This document shows positions 11,421 to 25,213 of a stretch of DNA of 64,000 bases, one piece after another. Each line of letters starts with the position of its first letter. Position 1 is the first letter of the stretch. The stretch lies in assembly GCF_001194135.2 (NCBI RefSeq), contig NC_069005.1, positions 215,671 through 279,670 on the forward strand, written 5' to 3'. The notes beneath the pieces are model-generated. The model ran no database searches. It was given only the letters and a program-made list of their open reading frames with translations, and was not told where the DNA came from. Source of the DNA: Octopus bimaculoides (lineage: Eukaryota). The translations under genes and the position numbers were made by a program.

Positions 11421-12428
11421 CGCTGGTGCTGACGAAATCTCGTCTGCCGATATAATCAGAGTGTTGTTTATTTTAACACAACGTTACTACGAGATGATTT
11501 CTTCGGACGATTTACTGCAGTTTACGGCTTTGAAAGCAACGAATCCAAGTTAAGTTTGATGTGCAAATTAATATTCGCAATAAAAAGTTTGCTTCTGTCG
11601 CTAATAGCTAATATGTGTGTATGTGTGTGTCTATGTCTGAGTGGATATCTTTGTTCATAATATAATTTCATGCTTAAACCGATATTATATTGAAATACAG
11701 TGGTGGCTTAGACTAAATTCCACTTGAAATAAAAACAAAAGACCTCAAAATACATTTCAAAACAAATAGAAATCTTCATATAATTGTTTTCTCATAAAAC
11801 ATACAAATATAACATTTCTGAATCCACCATATCCAACATATATAACATATGCTGACCAATATATATTTTTTCAAGTATCACTCTCATTTAGTCTTCAATA
11901 TGAAGTGTGCCTGGCGGGCAGGCGGGGGTAAGCTTGTTTATAATTATATATTTGTGAGGTGTATACATACATACGCACATAGACATAAACATCCACATAT
12001 ATACATATAAAATATGCGATGCGGATCCCTGTGACATTTCAGAAAAAATTTTGTCTACACGCCCTTTGAACAGCTCCCCATGGATATTTAGGGTCACGTT
12101 AAGAAGCAGTGAACGGTTCCAGAATTTTTTACTCGAATCAAATATAGCACACAACTCTGAATAGATTTAAAATATCGGCATCAGTAGAATTAAGAGGACT
12201 TATTTGTGCTGGCATCGAGTCTTATTGGTTGTAATAATGAAATCAAAGCCAACGGTGATATTTTGATAGACACGTTTCAGGTTTGCGTAATATATACTTT
12301 AAGTGAGGAATTCTATGTTATTGATGCATTTCCTATTATACATTAGGCAAACCGGAAATTTACATATTAGATTATTTTAAAATATAACTGTTTGGTTTGA
12401 TTTCAATATCAAAAAACATGTATGTATG

Positions 12429-12469
<41 letters not shown>

Positions 12470-12571
12470 CTACAAGTCTTTTCATTCTCTCTCTGTTTAT
12501 TTTCTCTTATTCCTTTCTGTTGAAGAAGGTAGGCTCGAAAGATAAAAGACTTTCATTTTCGCGAGCGTCAA

Positions 12572-12603
<32 letters not shown>

Positions 12604-13094
12604 CAAAATAAGCAACAGGATACCCAGAGGTGATGCAGTGCGTCCGTTTCAAGTGGCGCCATTTCATTGAACAATGCAATCATTACATCAATTTAAATGC
12701 CGGGCTATCCTCAGCTGCATAGATAAATAAATAAATAGAATTATTTTAATCATTCGGACATATTTGTATGATTTTACTTAAATCCTCTAAGGGGGTAAGA
12801 AGACAAACAAAATCCATGCTGTTGCCACTTCCGCTTAGAAGTTTCTAAGACATCAGGAAAAAAAAATTTTGTTTGGGTCATAGTTTGTCACTGAATTTGG
12901 TTCAGTTTAAATTTATTAGTCTTGTTTATCAAATCTTTGTATATGAAATCTAAGATTAGGGAATAGTGTCTGTTAGGAAAGGGCATGAGGGAGTTGACAG
13001 AATCATAATGGGTCTAGTCATAAAACTTGTCAAGATTATTTTGGTGTAGTGTAAAGTAACCGGCAGTAATGAAGTTGGGCAGTGGAAGACTTCC

Positions 13095-13243
13095 GATCCG
13101 CGGTTCGACAAAAGACCCATAGAATACCAGACTTATACAAAAAAAAAAATAAATAAAGTACTGGGGTCGATACATTCGACTAAAAATTCCTCACGGCGGT
13201 GCCCCAGCATGGCCGCAGTCTAATGACTGAAACAAGATAAAGG
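13095..13243 (+). mobile_element. SINE family B, 3' part
   Basis: GTACTGGGGTCGATACATTCGACTAAAA...GGCGGTGCCCCAGCATGGCCGCAGTC..ATGACTGAAACAAG. Confidence 0.8.
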
Positions 13244-13290
<47 letters not shown>

Positions 13291-14085
13291 GAGGTGTTCA
13301 TCTACATATATACAGTTGCATACCGCCATATTTTTACTTATATATTTNNNNNNNNNNNNNNNNNNNNNNNNNNNNNNNNNNNNNNNNNNNNNNNNNNNNN
13401 NNNNNNNNNNNNNNNNNNNNNNNNNNNNNNNNNNNNNNNNNNNNNNNNNNNNNNNNNNNNNNNNNNNNNNNNNNNNNNNNNNNNNNNNNNNNNNNNNNNN
13501 NNNNNNNNNNNNNNNNNNNNNNNNNNNNNNNNNNNNNNNNNNNNNNNNNNNNNNNNNNNNNNNNNNNNNNNNNNNNNNNNNNNNNNNNNNNNNNNNNNNN
13601 NNNNNNNNNNNNNNNNNNNNNNNNNNNNNNNNNNNNNNNNNNNNNNNNNNNNNNNNNNNGGGGGGGGCGAGAATGAGAAGAAAGAGAGAGATGAGCACAA
13701 ATTCAGTAGTACATGTACACAGAAACACGAAATATATACACATACAAAAATACACACACGCCCCTATTCATACACACACACACACACACACACACACATA
13801 ACCTTTATGTGTGGGTTATTTTTATCTTTATTGTTTACTCAGAGTCCTTGCCTTCTGGCCGGGCCCGGATGGTTGGGAGAGTGATGTGCTTGAACCGGAG
13901 ATCCTGTGCAGCAGATTGAACTTGAGTAAAGGTTTTCAGTCAACTCAAAACACAGAAACAATCAACACATAACATCGAGCTCGATGCTCTACTGCTTCCG
14001 ATAGACCATTGCTTTTCCAATTGATACTTTATCGAATCCTGGAAGCGTATATGGCAAAGACAGCTGCTGCGACGCTTGAACGTAC

Positions 14086-14311
14086 ATGTCCATACAAGTA
14101 TGTCCATACAAGTATGTCCATACAAGTATGTCCATACAAGTATGTCCATACAAGTATGTCCATACAAGTATGTCCATACAAGTATGTCCATACAAGTATG
14201 TCCATACAAGTATGTCCATACAAGTATGTCCATACAAGTATGTCCATACAAGTATGTCCATACAAGTATGTCCATACAAGTATGTCCATACAAGTATGTC
14301 CATACAAGTAT
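14086..14311. repeat. 14-bp tandem array (ATGTCCATACAAGT) x16
   Basis: Sixteen perfect units at 14086-14309 plus AT, no spacers. Confidence 0.97.
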
Positions 14312-15577
14312 CTACAGGTAGATATGTATTTGTGGGAAGTACACGTGCCCGTGTAGTTATCTCTCTCTCTCTCTCATCTCTCCCCACTCTCTCATCTCTC
14401 CCCCTCTCCCATCTCCCCTCTCTCTCTCTCTCTCTCTCTGTCCCTTGTCTTTACGTCACACTGCTTGCCATCTTAGTGTTTATTCCTAACTTAGTGTTTC
14501 GACAAATCAGAATGGGGTAAATGGAGCAAGAACACACACGAAAACGAAAAGTATATATATATGTGTGTGTGTGTGCGTGCGCCTGTGTGTGTGTGTTTGT
14601 AAGTGTGCGGCGCGTGTGAATGTGTGTGTGTGTGTGCAGAGTGCTTCTCGTCTCGAAACAACTTGCTCTCTTCACATTTGAGTTGTTGGATGATATATGT
14701 TTCTTGTTAAGAAGGCGCTTCTTGAGAGAGACCACATGCCAGTCAAAGGAAACCTGGACAGATATCGAGGTTCTGCCTTTTGAAACGGAGCCTGTCGGCC
14801 CAGATCAATATTTTAGAAGAAACTGTCAGTTGAGGCCAGTATTTTGACTGTTTATCGTCAAATTTATAATCAATTAAACGTATTTGACTTTCTAGTACAG
14901 TGAAATATGTCTTACATTGGTAGGAGTAGGACGGACAGACAGACAGATGAACTGTGGAGTAAATTTCTCATACTGTGATAGGGCCATAACGTTTCCAAAC
15001 TCTCCCAGAATGGCGAAATTGATTTGTTGAATGTTTAAAAGCTAATGAGCGTGCAGGAAGCCTCTGAGTGGTCGTTTGGGCTGATAACATAACAGTCAGG
15101 TTTCTCTTGAACCACAGTCTGTTCTATTCTAAAAGATGGACACCTAGGATGCAGTCTAGAATACGGTAGACGGAATTGTCTGTTTCTGTACAGTGTAGCG
15201 CCTCTGATCATAGCTCCATTCGATTGAACTTGACCTTGGGTTAAATTACTTTCACTGCTTCTGCTACTACTGAGTCTTAATATTACTGCTGCGTCTACTA
15301 CCACCACCACCACCACCACCACCACCACTACTGTTACTACAAGCAAATTCAGAGAGGTAGATACTGTCTTGGCAACGCCTGGTTGCTTCTTGTGGAACTG
15401 GCCAATTTCTTGGAATGGATGTAGGATATTTGTGCGTCTAGCAGCCTCAGTCCTGTCCAAGTTCTATCTGCAATAGTCCAATGCTGTATAGTAATAACAA
15501 TGTAGAAAGAGTTATTCAGAAACTCATTCAGAACCGTGTTGTTAGAGTAGTGATGCAATGTTGTATAATAGTTTGTG

Positions 15578-15764
15578 CTATAGGCATAATCGATGTAATT
15601 GATGTAATCGACCCTAGTGATTGACTGGTATTTAATTTATCGATTCCGAAAGAATGAAAGGCAAAGTCGGCTACGGCAGAATTTGAACTCACAACGTAAA
15701 GGCGGCCGAAGTGCTGCTAAGCATTTTGTCCGGCGTGCTAACGACTCTGCCAGCTCGCCGCCTT
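15578..15764 (-). mobile_element. SINE family A
   Basis: Reverse complement AAGGCGGCGAGCTGGCAGAGTCGTTAGCACGCCGG...GAGTTCAAATTCTGCC. Confidence 0.88.
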
Positions 15765-15775
15765 CTGGTGTTGTC

Positions 15776-15833
<58 letters not shown>
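15776..15833. repeat. (AAT)n microsatellite
   Basis: Perfect run. Confidence 0.97.
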
Positions 15834-15834
<1 letters not shown>

Positions 15835-15837
15835 CAG

Positions 15838-15922
15838 ACCAACACCAAAGCCGAGATGGTGGACAAGATGGGGGAGGTGTTCAAAGACCTTCCCCGGAGA
15901 CACAGTTGAGGCTGTGGTGGAA
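15838..15922 (+). mobile_element. Tc1/mariner-superfamily transposase C-terminal remnant
   Basis: TNTKAEMVDKMGEVFKDLP, then frameshifted VEAVVE. Fits the end of Tc1/DD37D-type transposases (N.K.EL...I...F..L......RLEAVV). Confidence 0.5.
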
Positions 15923-16821
15923 GATTCTTTCATAAAGCTGTTATCTCCCACTTAGGGGTAGGTTTTGATTTTTTTTTTAATAATTTTTGGATGGGATATT
16001 GTGCTTTGTTTCCCTTTTATAAAAACTGTCATATTTAGTCCGAATACCTGGACAATGAATGGATTTGAACCCACAGTCCCAGTCATTGCAAGACAATGGT
16101 AAAAATTCTAAAGAAACATTCGGTATTTGATCCTATTCCGACTCTTCAGTCTGTTCATCCGTCACAGACCGTCCTTCACAACTTCTCTCTCTCTTTCTCT
16201 CTCTTTCTTGTATGTATATAGATGCATGTATGTATGTATGTTTGAATATATGCACACAAATGCATATATTTTCATTCATTTTTAACGCCATTGTTAGAAA
16301 CAGTTAACATCTACCATTGCTGAAAATAATAAAACTGATATTTTAAAAAAGTCCTTGTCAAAATTTTTTAAAAAATAGGAATTTTCATCCATAAATTTCT
16401 TTTCAGAAAATTTGCAGAAATATTTCTTTCGTATTCTTCCTTTCCAAAACAGGCTACTTTTTTTTTAAATAAGATGTTTCCCCTCTGACTGCCTGTCTCT
16501 CCATTTATCTTTCTGTCCGTCTATTTAACTCAGTCTATTTATCTATTTTTCAGTCTATGCATCTGTCAACTTCTTCGTCGGTTTTCTTTTCCTCCTCGGC
16601 TTCTATCAATCTTCCTAACACACAAATGATCCAGATACATTGGTGCTTCTTCTCCATCTTAGTCCCTTCTCTCCCATCATTTCAGAAAGGTAACTGAATG
16701 ATTAATTTTTAACAGCCATTTTCAAGAAATCACAAAAGGGAAGACATTGTGGTCTTCTCTCCGGGTATAGATTTTATGCACTAATATATATTGTTTATAT
16801 ATATACACACACACACACACG

Positions 16822-16964
16822 ATGGGCTTCTTTCAATCCACTCACAAGGCTTTCGTCGGCCCGACGCTATTGCATAAAACACTTGCCTAACGTGCCAGGC
16901 AGTGGTACTGAACTTGGAACCATATGGTTGGGAAGCGAGCATCTTACCACACAGTCACGCCCGC
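16822..16964 (-). mobile_element. SINE family B, 5' part
   Basis: Reverse complement GGCGTGACTGTGTGGTAAGATGCTCGCTTCCCAACCATATGGTTCCAAGTTCAGTACC. Confidence 0.8.
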
Positions 16965-17403
16965 GGTAATCTCCCGCTAGGTTTTCCTGTAATGTTCTCA
17001 ATCATTTTGTCAGCCCTTGGTGGTGCATAAAGAAATTATTATTATTATTATTATTATAATTTTTGTAATTAATCAAATAATTGTTCCCACCACCACCACC
17101 ACCAAGATTTTACCATTATTGCCATTGTTATTACAATTATCCTTGTTCTCGTCCACACCATTATTCTCGTTTAATTTTCGACAATAGCAACAAAAGCTTA
17201 TGAAATCATTTTTCTAAACGAGAGCCGCCGCTAATTTTATAGAAGTTTCTAGACCAGACACAGATATCAAGTGTGAACAGATTTCTCACCAGACACAGAA
17301 GAAAACCTTCCAAACATGACAATATGTTCTCTTTCACACGCTTTTCTTACAAGACGATGATGTTCAGTTTTGTAAGAGAGGACATCATTATTTCATATAG
17401 AAA

Positions 17404-17700
17404 CACTTATACGACCACCACTACTACTACTACCACCACCACCACTACTACTACTGCTACAATTACCTCTACCAACACTACTTCTGCTACCACCACTAAT
17501 AAGAATAATGACTTTTATTGGCCACAAGAGCCCAAGACAGATCAATATCAAAGGACGAGTTATTACACACAAAAGCAAAATCATTAAAACAAAAAACACA
17601 AAAATTGCTACTACAATAGTACTACTACTACTAATAACACTATTGATACTATTACTAACACTGCTACTATTACTGCAGCTATTACTACTACTACTACGAC
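17404..17700. repeat. Degenerate (ACT/ACC)n trinucleotide tracts
   Basis: Two interrupted tracts giving spurious poly-T, poly-L and poly-S ORFs. Confidence 0.85.
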
Positions 17701-17843
17701 CACCACACAAATAATGGGGTGAAGAAGGAGAAGGTGGCGGAGATGGACGAGTGTAATGCTGTTGGTGATGATAATGATAATAGTTGTGATGATGAAAATA
17801 ACGACGACGAAGATAATCCTTCTCCTATAGGCACAAGGCCTGA

Positions 17844-17880
<37 letters not shown>

Positions 17881-18570
17881 GTAGTAGTAGTTGACACGAA
17901 CCGCTCACATTCTCAGGAAGTTTCCTCTCCGTCTAATGTATAAACGTGCCTTATTTAGGTCTCCAGTTGAAACCCGGTAGAAAGATGAAATGCAAATCAA
18001 TCGGAAAATAATAATAATAATAATTTCCAACAGCTGGAGAATGAGGAGCTATGACATTGGCAAAGTCTCTAAGGTATGGCTATTTGAATCGAATCGATTG
18101 AGATAATTGGTTGAAAAAGAACAGAAGAAAAAGATACGAAACTTCACAATAATGGAACAAGAGTAAAAAGAAGAAAAATGGGAAATTTCATTGATTGAAG
18201 CCCCGGGGATTGGTCTTAATGCCAACAGAAATTCCTCTCGTTCTGTTCTCCATTACTGTGATGTGGAGAGGTTCATTCTACCAGGACATACCACTTTTAC
18301 TAAATTTATTAAGCTATCGCCTCCTTTGCCACCCTAGCCTTCCTCGCCATGTCAGTCATCCATAATGTCGGTAACACTTTATCGAGATCGCCCGAGTCAT
18401 TCGGTTTTCGGGTATTCTGTTTAGCACAAGAGCACACATTATTTGAACAGCTCAGAGATGAAAAGCAGAGTAGGGTGTCACCTTTGATATAATAAATAGA
18501 CATCTATCCACTATATTCAATGTATTGAGTTCTATACGAGATAATGTTTGCACCATACAAATTATATTCA

Positions 18571-18780
18571 TTTCTAATCTAGGCACAAGACTCGAAATTT
18601 TGGGGGAGGAGGCCAGACGATTAGATCGACCCAGCACGCAACTGGTACTTAATTTATCGACTCCGAAAGGATGAAAGGCAAAGTCGACCTTGGCGGAATT
18701 TGAACTCAAAAGTGAAGACTGACGAAATACCGCGAAGCATTTCACCGGCGTTCTAACGTTTCTGCCAGTTCACCGCCTTA
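18571..18780 (-). mobile_element. SINE family A, full length
   Basis: Head, B box, central GGTCGACTTTGCCTTTCATCCTTTCGG and TTGTGCCTAGATTAGAA tail on the minus strand. Confidence 0.88.
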
Positions 18781-19189
18781 CCCCACAAAATGTATTATTG
18801 ATATACTCAACTTCTGTTATATATATATATATATATATATNNNNNNNNNNNNNNNNNNNNNNNNNNNNNNNNNNNNNNNNNNNNNNNNNNNNNNNNNNNN
18901 NNNNNNNNNNNNNNNNNNNNNNNNNNNNNNNNNNNNNNNNNNNNNNNNNNNNNNNNNNNNNNNNNNNNNNNNNNNNNNNNNNNNNNNNNNNNNNNNNNNN
19001 NNNNNNNNNNNNNNNNNNNNNNNNNNNNNNNNNNNNNNGAAAATATTTTTTGTGTAAAAAAAACTTTTGGCAATCGACTTACATAAAAGATGTAAATAAA
19101 ATTCCTGTTTAGATCGATGAAAGATGGTTTACACGTAAAGACACTCGGAAATAAAAGCTGGCTACATTTTAAATATCATTTATACATTG

Positions 19190-19226
<37 letters not shown>

Positions 19227-19371
19227 TATATATGTGTGTGGACGTGTATGTATATATATGCACGTGTGTGTGTGTTTGTTCGTGTGTGTGTCTTTCTGCC
19301 TGTCCGTCTGTGTCAGTATGACCCAAGGATTCCAGTGTGGGGAAATTTGTATGCTTCGCGCAGTTGGCGGT

Positions 19372-19538
19372 TACGAGTGTGGGCGGAAAAGTTCTCAGGC
19401 TGACTATGAAGGAGTGATGTTAGAGCTGGGAAATCTTGCATACATTAATTTCAACCCTTCTTGTTAATAACTGCATTTTTTTGTTCATTTTAACTGATAT
19501 CTGACTATTGAAAGAAGACTTCAAAAGTAACCAGTTGC
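19372..19538 (+). mobile_element. Mariner-type transposon 5' end (TIR plus leader)
   Basis: TA then CGAGTGTGGGCGGAAAAGTTC, resembling mariner TIRs (TA-CGAGG....AAAAGTT). The following leader is recalled as a mariner 5' UTR; not verified. Confidence 0.5.
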
Positions 19539-20192
19539 TATATACATAACCATCACTGTGAAAGTGACCATGCTTTACCAGTAAGCTACTAGGCGGAAAC
19601 CATTCGTTTTATTCATTATAATATATATATNNNNNNNNNNACACATTATGTATGTGTGTGTGTGTGTGTGTGTGTGAGTGTACATAACTAATTTTCTAAT
19701 GAAACAGAAGCAGTACTCAATGCCATTAATTACAGACGTTATTAATTAGTTCACAAATGAAAATCAATTGCTTTTGAGACCAGCGAAAGTCTTGTGGTTG
19801 GGAAGTAAACATGACTAGTTCCAGTTTGCAATTCAATCTGTTACATCATCATTGCTTTGTAATCCTGACCCGTTTATCACTGCACAGACTGCTTTGATGG
19901 CGATCGCCGAAGCAGTTGGGTGGATGACTCACCGGGTATACATGCTGTAAGTTCTGTCCGTGACTAAGCATTCCACTGCTGACCGCTAGTGCAGCATGTA
20001 AACTTACTTATAACAATCAATTAGACCAGGAGTTCTATAACAGCAAAGCAAGGGTCTGGCGCAAAACATATTTTTAAGTGCACGCCGAACTTGTTTACCC
20101 ATAAATATATTGATTCTTATTTTTCTTATTTGTAAACTGATTTGCTATAAATATATTCTGTTATTTATGATACTGAACATTATACCAATTTC

Positions 20193-20230
<38 letters not shown>

Positions 20231-20686
20231 NNNNNNNNNNNNNNNNNNNNNNNNNNNNNNNNNNNNNNNNNNNNNNNNNNNNNNNNNNNNNNNNNNNNNN
20301 NNNNNNNNNNNNNNNNNNNNNNNNNNNNNNNNNNNNNNNNNNNNNNNNNNNNNNNNNNNNNNNNNNNNNNNNNNNNNNNNNNNNNNNNNNNNNNNNNNNN
20401 NNNNNNNNNNNNNNNNNNNNNNNNNNNNNNNNNNNNNNNNNNNNNNNNNNNNNNNNNNNNNNNNNNNNNNNNNNNNNNNNNNNNNNNNNNNNNNNNNNNN
20501 NNNNNNNNNNNNNNNNNNNNNNNNNNNNNNNNNNNNNNNNNNNNNNNNNNNNNNNNNNNNNNNNNNNNNNNNNNNNNNNNNNNNNNNNNNNNNNNNNNNN
20601 NNNNNNNNNNNNNNNNNNNNNNNNNNNNNNNNNNNNNNNNNNNNNNNNNNNNNNNNNNNNNNNNNNNNNNNNNNNNNNNNNNNNNN

Positions 20687-20802
20687 GGGTGGAATGAAAG
20701 GTCAAGTCGATTTCGACGGGATTTGAACCCAGAACGTAAAGACGGACGAAACGCCTCTAAACATTTTGGTTGGTTCATTAACGATTCTGACAGCTCACCA
20801 CC
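20687..20802 (-). mobile_element. SINE family A, 5' part (cut by a gap)
   Basis: Reverse complement GGTGGTGAGCTGTCAGAATCGTTAATG...GGGTTCAAATCCCGTC. Confidence 0.75.
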
Positions 20803-21929
20803 GGGGTGTGGGTGTGTGTGTGTGTGTGTGTGTGTTGGTCAGAAAGCCTGACGGCGTTGTTCCGGCACATGGCTTTGAATTCCAGTCCCACGAGATCAGC
20901 TTTGCGTTTCTGGGTCGATAAAACAGTACCAACCTTGGCAAAGGGCTGGCGGAACTTTTGGTGCCTGGGGCAACATTTTTTTGGTGTCTTTCTATTTTTA
21001 GCGTTTCCGTTAGAAAAGGGCTGGGGCCGCTCCTTGTGCTCCGCTGAAGTAAGTGGACGCTCTTTCCCTCGGTTAAACATCACTGACAGAGACTCACACG
21101 CCTGCGCAGCTGTTAGTCTTCCTCAAATCTTATTCATGTTTGGTGAACATCAGCCGATACATTTAGATATTTCTTTTTTCAATATAGTTTTCAATATTCT
21201 TGATGCAAATCCGTGGTATTTGGGATCGAATCCACTTCTCCGGTGTTTCTACTACTATAATCCTAAGTTTAGTGTCATTAAGAGCTTTCCAAATCAACGG
21301 GATAATTTTTCATTCGATGTAACGTCTATAAACATTATACTTGAAGCTTGTTAGTGTTGAACCATGGGTTTATCTTATCCCTCTTCTTACTACTATTTTG
21401 GAGTCTATTTCATAGTTTATTACGATATCTAGGGTGAGTTCTTTTTGTATTTTTACTTCGAATATTCTCCAAGTTTTTCCTTTGCTCCTTTTCGTGTTTC
21501 TGTCCTTGTGCTTGTAACAAGAGAACTGCATACCGTTATGATTATTTGGAATCCAGGAATAACTGCTGAAGAGTGAAAATGTTGGTGTAAGAGTAAGCAA
21601 AGTATATTTTAGTAGAAGGGAATCGATAGTGTAAGATTTGATGTTCAGTAAGATTTCTTCAGATTATATATCTTACACAGAAATATTTATGTCTGAGAGA
21701 AATGATTAATTTTGATTTTTCGCTACGATTATTATCGAAGCGGTAGAAAATATCCTTCTTTTTCCTCAGAAATGTACTGGATATATTCGTATTTTTATGT
21801 CTATGTACTTCTACTTCCGTAAACTCTTTCATATCGTTCGCTTATCATTTGGGCATTTCGTTCGAACACAGCAGCGGAACAGGAGTGTATATGAATAAAC
21901 AAGCGTTTCATTTCCCTATGAGATATTAT

Positions 21930-22420
21930 CACAATTTCTATATTCTACGTATTCTACCCAATTTACTGAATAATTATCATCTAATGCCTTCGAAGGCTAT
22001 TCATTTGTTTCATACGCAAAACATGTAACAAAGAATTCCTGTTTGGTTTCAAAAACAACGAGATTTGTAACGGATTCTTTAAGATCAAGAGTTAAAGATT
22101 TCGCAAACATTTTCTGCGAAATCTAATACAAGGGGAAATATTTCAACATTATATTTTTTGTACAGTCAGTTAAACGAAATATATTACATGAAAACGACCA
22201 CAACGCATATTATAGACGTTTATCAAAAAAGCTCACAAGCATAGACAAAAAATAAACCATTAAGAAAATCTATAAAAGCTGAAGAAATGATCACTTTGGC
22301 AACACTTGGTGTGCTTAGACGAAATATTAATTTCAAATCTAATTTGGTGAAGAACATTTCCACAAAACTCATTAACTTCAATGAACCTGAATTTGAGATA
22401 CTTACGAAAAAGATTTAAAA
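21930..22420 (+). mobile_element. Possible decayed Penelope-like ORF N-terminal region
   Basis: YYRRLSKKLTSI and NLVKNISTKLINFNEPEFEILTKK loosely fit the PLE motif VxNLSxxxLxxxExxxLxKGL. Many stops. Confidence 0.25.
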
Positions 22421-24659
22421 TACATGATTCATTAAAATTTTAAAAAGATTAAATTTATCTTTTTTTTTTTTTTTTTTTGCTATGAACGCATTTCTCGCAT
22501 TAATTTTTTTAATCTCATCAACAATTAAATACGAATGCAGTTTTACTGTTTAACGGGATTAAATACTTTTCTTTTATAAAACCCTTTACATCAGAAAGCA
22601 TTAAATTTCTACGATTTATCAGCTATAATTTAGAGATTACTATTAACAAATCTCACATGAAGATTGTTAAGCATGTAAGCTCTATTTATATATTTTGGCA
22701 AATACATTTGGCTAAAGAAAAACGGCCTTGCTTCGCTCGATTTGATGCTAATTTGGATTCCCAAGATTTAATTTACCCTAGATTTCAATTTTAGCAGACT
22801 GGGGTGGATTTATATTGCGATGACGGTTTATTGATTCTTGAGGGTTTGAAACCAACACATTTTTTTCATTTAAGGTTCCACTGTATTCAATGCACGAGAC
22901 ACAAACATATTTAACACTTAATTTCTTATACTTAATCTTATCGACATTGAACAACTTTGAAGCACCATTCTTTCGGGGAAACTTTACGTAATAAAATATT
23001 AATACAAACTCAAATTGCCCATGAAATCTCTTAAAGAATTTAATCCCTTCTAACTATTTATATTCCAAACAATATTGGTTTAACAGCATTGTAAATAACC
23101 TCCACAACAAGAGGTATTCAGCCGTACCGGCTTCAAAAATGATATCATTTACAAATACATTTTGTTCTAATAAACACACAAAAGATATAAGAATGGCAAG
23201 ATATTGTTGTAATCCTGGTTCATACATCGATATTATCATTTTGATGTTGACGAAAGAAGCAGCAATGCAAAATGTTTTATGAAATTAAGGGATATTTCGC
23301 CACCGATTACAAATCGAAAATCATACACACACTTCGATATGCGAGAATATACATATATTTAGAGAAAGATTTTTTTTCAAAAAAGTTCAAATTAAGAAAA
23401 GAAAATTTTTTAGAGAATAGAATTGTATTAACCTTTTGGAAGGAATTTCACAAATTGTGTGTAGGCTTTAATAAATGTACAAGCGATTTCCGTTCTCAAC
23501 ATTATCACGCTCATATTATGGCTATTATATATAGCGGAACACATGGTTGATAACGTTGAAAATTGAAAGCGCTTGCGCATTTCTTAAAGCCTACACACAA
23601 TTTGTCGTAAACAAAGCGGTGTGCGTTCGAGTCCCAAGCGTACGGGAAAACCTACTTTTTTTTCTGTCAAGGGCTTATATACGCCCATTATTAGACTATT
23701 TTCTTTAGTCCTTGCGCGGCGATTGCTTATAAGCTTTAAGTTTATAAAATACTATTATTATTATTATATATATATATGCATATTATTGTATTTTTCTCTC
23801 TTACCTGTGTAGTCCAATCTTTTCCAGTTCATTTCCAGTTCATTTACCTGTTTCTATTTCTCTTTTTTCCCTTCTTTCATCTTCTTCCTCTACCAAACCA
23901 TATATGTGCGAATGTGTGTGTGCAGAGCTGTGTGTATCATTACAGGTGTGTTCGCGCACCAATCACTGTTCCCCCACCCCCCATCGATATTAGAAACCGA
24001 CTTCAACACAATCAGTCAAAATCAATCGATGCAGTTAATTACATTAATCCATTTATATTTGTAACTATAATTAACTCTGTGTGCAGACGAGCCACGAACA
24101 CTTAGCCACATTACATGAATATATGCATATATATATATATATATATATAAATATTTTTAGATAGATAGATGTGTGTATTTTATGTATGCATTTGATTCTT
24201 TTAAGGACCTACTCAATATAAAAGAATGTCTGTAGGCGAGCGCATGTCCCTCCGGGGGTTATCACACTGATATATCGATATTTTTCTTTGAGGTGGCAGT
24301 TATATAATACAATAAACGATATTGAATATATCGAAATACAAAACAAACACCAAAAAAAAAAAACAAAAAAAAAAGCAACACAGCTCCGTTGCTTCTTACT
24401 TGCAGTTTTGTTGTCGACGAAGAAGAACGTTAAACGAGGCTTTCGATATATTCGTCTCTCGTAGATTTTTGTTGTTAGTGGCTCACCTCACGTCAGCTCT
24501 GATCTGACGGATCCATGCGCGATGGAAAGAGGCATCAGCCGTGATCATCACGTCTTTCTCTTTCTGTTTGGTGAATCTAAGACTACGTTGTCAAAATGTG
24601 CTTGGTTTTTGTAAAGGTTGTAGATATAGTGGGGGAATCATTATAATAAGTGTGTTCTA

Positions 24660-24877
24660 AGGCGGGGGGAGCTGGCAGAATCGTTAGCACGCCGGGCGAA
24701 ATGCTTAGCGGTATTTCGCCTGCCGCTATGTTCTGAGTTCAAATTCCGCCCAGGTAGACTTCGTCTTTCATCCTTTCGGGGTCGATTAAATAAGTACCAG
24801 TTACGCACTGGGTCGATGTAATTGACTTAATCCCTCTCCACAAACTTGAGGCCTTGTGCTTCCAATAGAAAGAATTA
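24660..24877 (+). mobile_element. SINE family A, full length, low divergence
   Basis: AGGCGGGGAGCTGGCAGAATCGTTAGCACGCCGGGCGAAATGC...GAGTTCAAATTCCGCC...CTTTCATCCTTTCGGGGTCGATTAAATAAGTACC. Confidence 0.92.
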
Positions 24878-25213
24878 TTATATATAAATTAGCAAAGGCA
24901 GTAAGACGGCAAAATCGTTTGAGTATCGAGTATTTCTTCCGATACTTGATGTTCTGAGTTCAAATCCCACCAATGCTATAGGTAAACTATTATAAACCGA
25001 GTGACAAACGCAGCGAGCGGGAAGAACTGTTATAGTGACGGAAAAATTCTTTGTAGCGTTAGTAAGAGAATGTTATATACATAGGTATAGACAGCCGGTT
25101 TATGCATGTTTGTGCGAATGTATCAAAATCTCATAATTTCAGGCACCTTCTTAATAAAGACAAAGTTATTTTACTAAATTCTTCATTATTTTCAAAAGTA
25201 ATTTACGCTGAGG

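Noticed and set aside
11204-11553. About 115-codon stop-free plus frame without an early ATG
   Set aside because: No motif recognised, and it overlaps the hammerhead-like, probably repeat-derived segment.
13843-13930. Strong acceptor followed by VLAFWPGPDGWESDVLEPE
   Set aside because: Only a weak donor and no homology recognisable by eye. The same applies to the acceptors near 29985 and 58890 and the 33-nt cassette near 46365-46398.
14086-14311. CRISPR-like or repeat-protein reading of the 14-bp arrays (also 2281-2370)
   Set aside because: No spacers and no cas genes, in a eukaryotic context. A 14-nt unit opens several frames by periodicity alone.
16110-16155. Minus-strand CUGAAGA...GAAUGUU hammerhead-like string
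   Set aside because: The GAAA box is broken and stem II is not convincing. CUGAUGA at about 27445 and 52595 was also rejected for lack of stems.
24396-24507. RRRRTLNEAFDI resembling a bHLH basic/helix-1 motif
   Set aside because: Spacing is two residues short of Twist/MyoD-type R.R.RT..LNEAF, there is no helix 2, and a stop follows soon.
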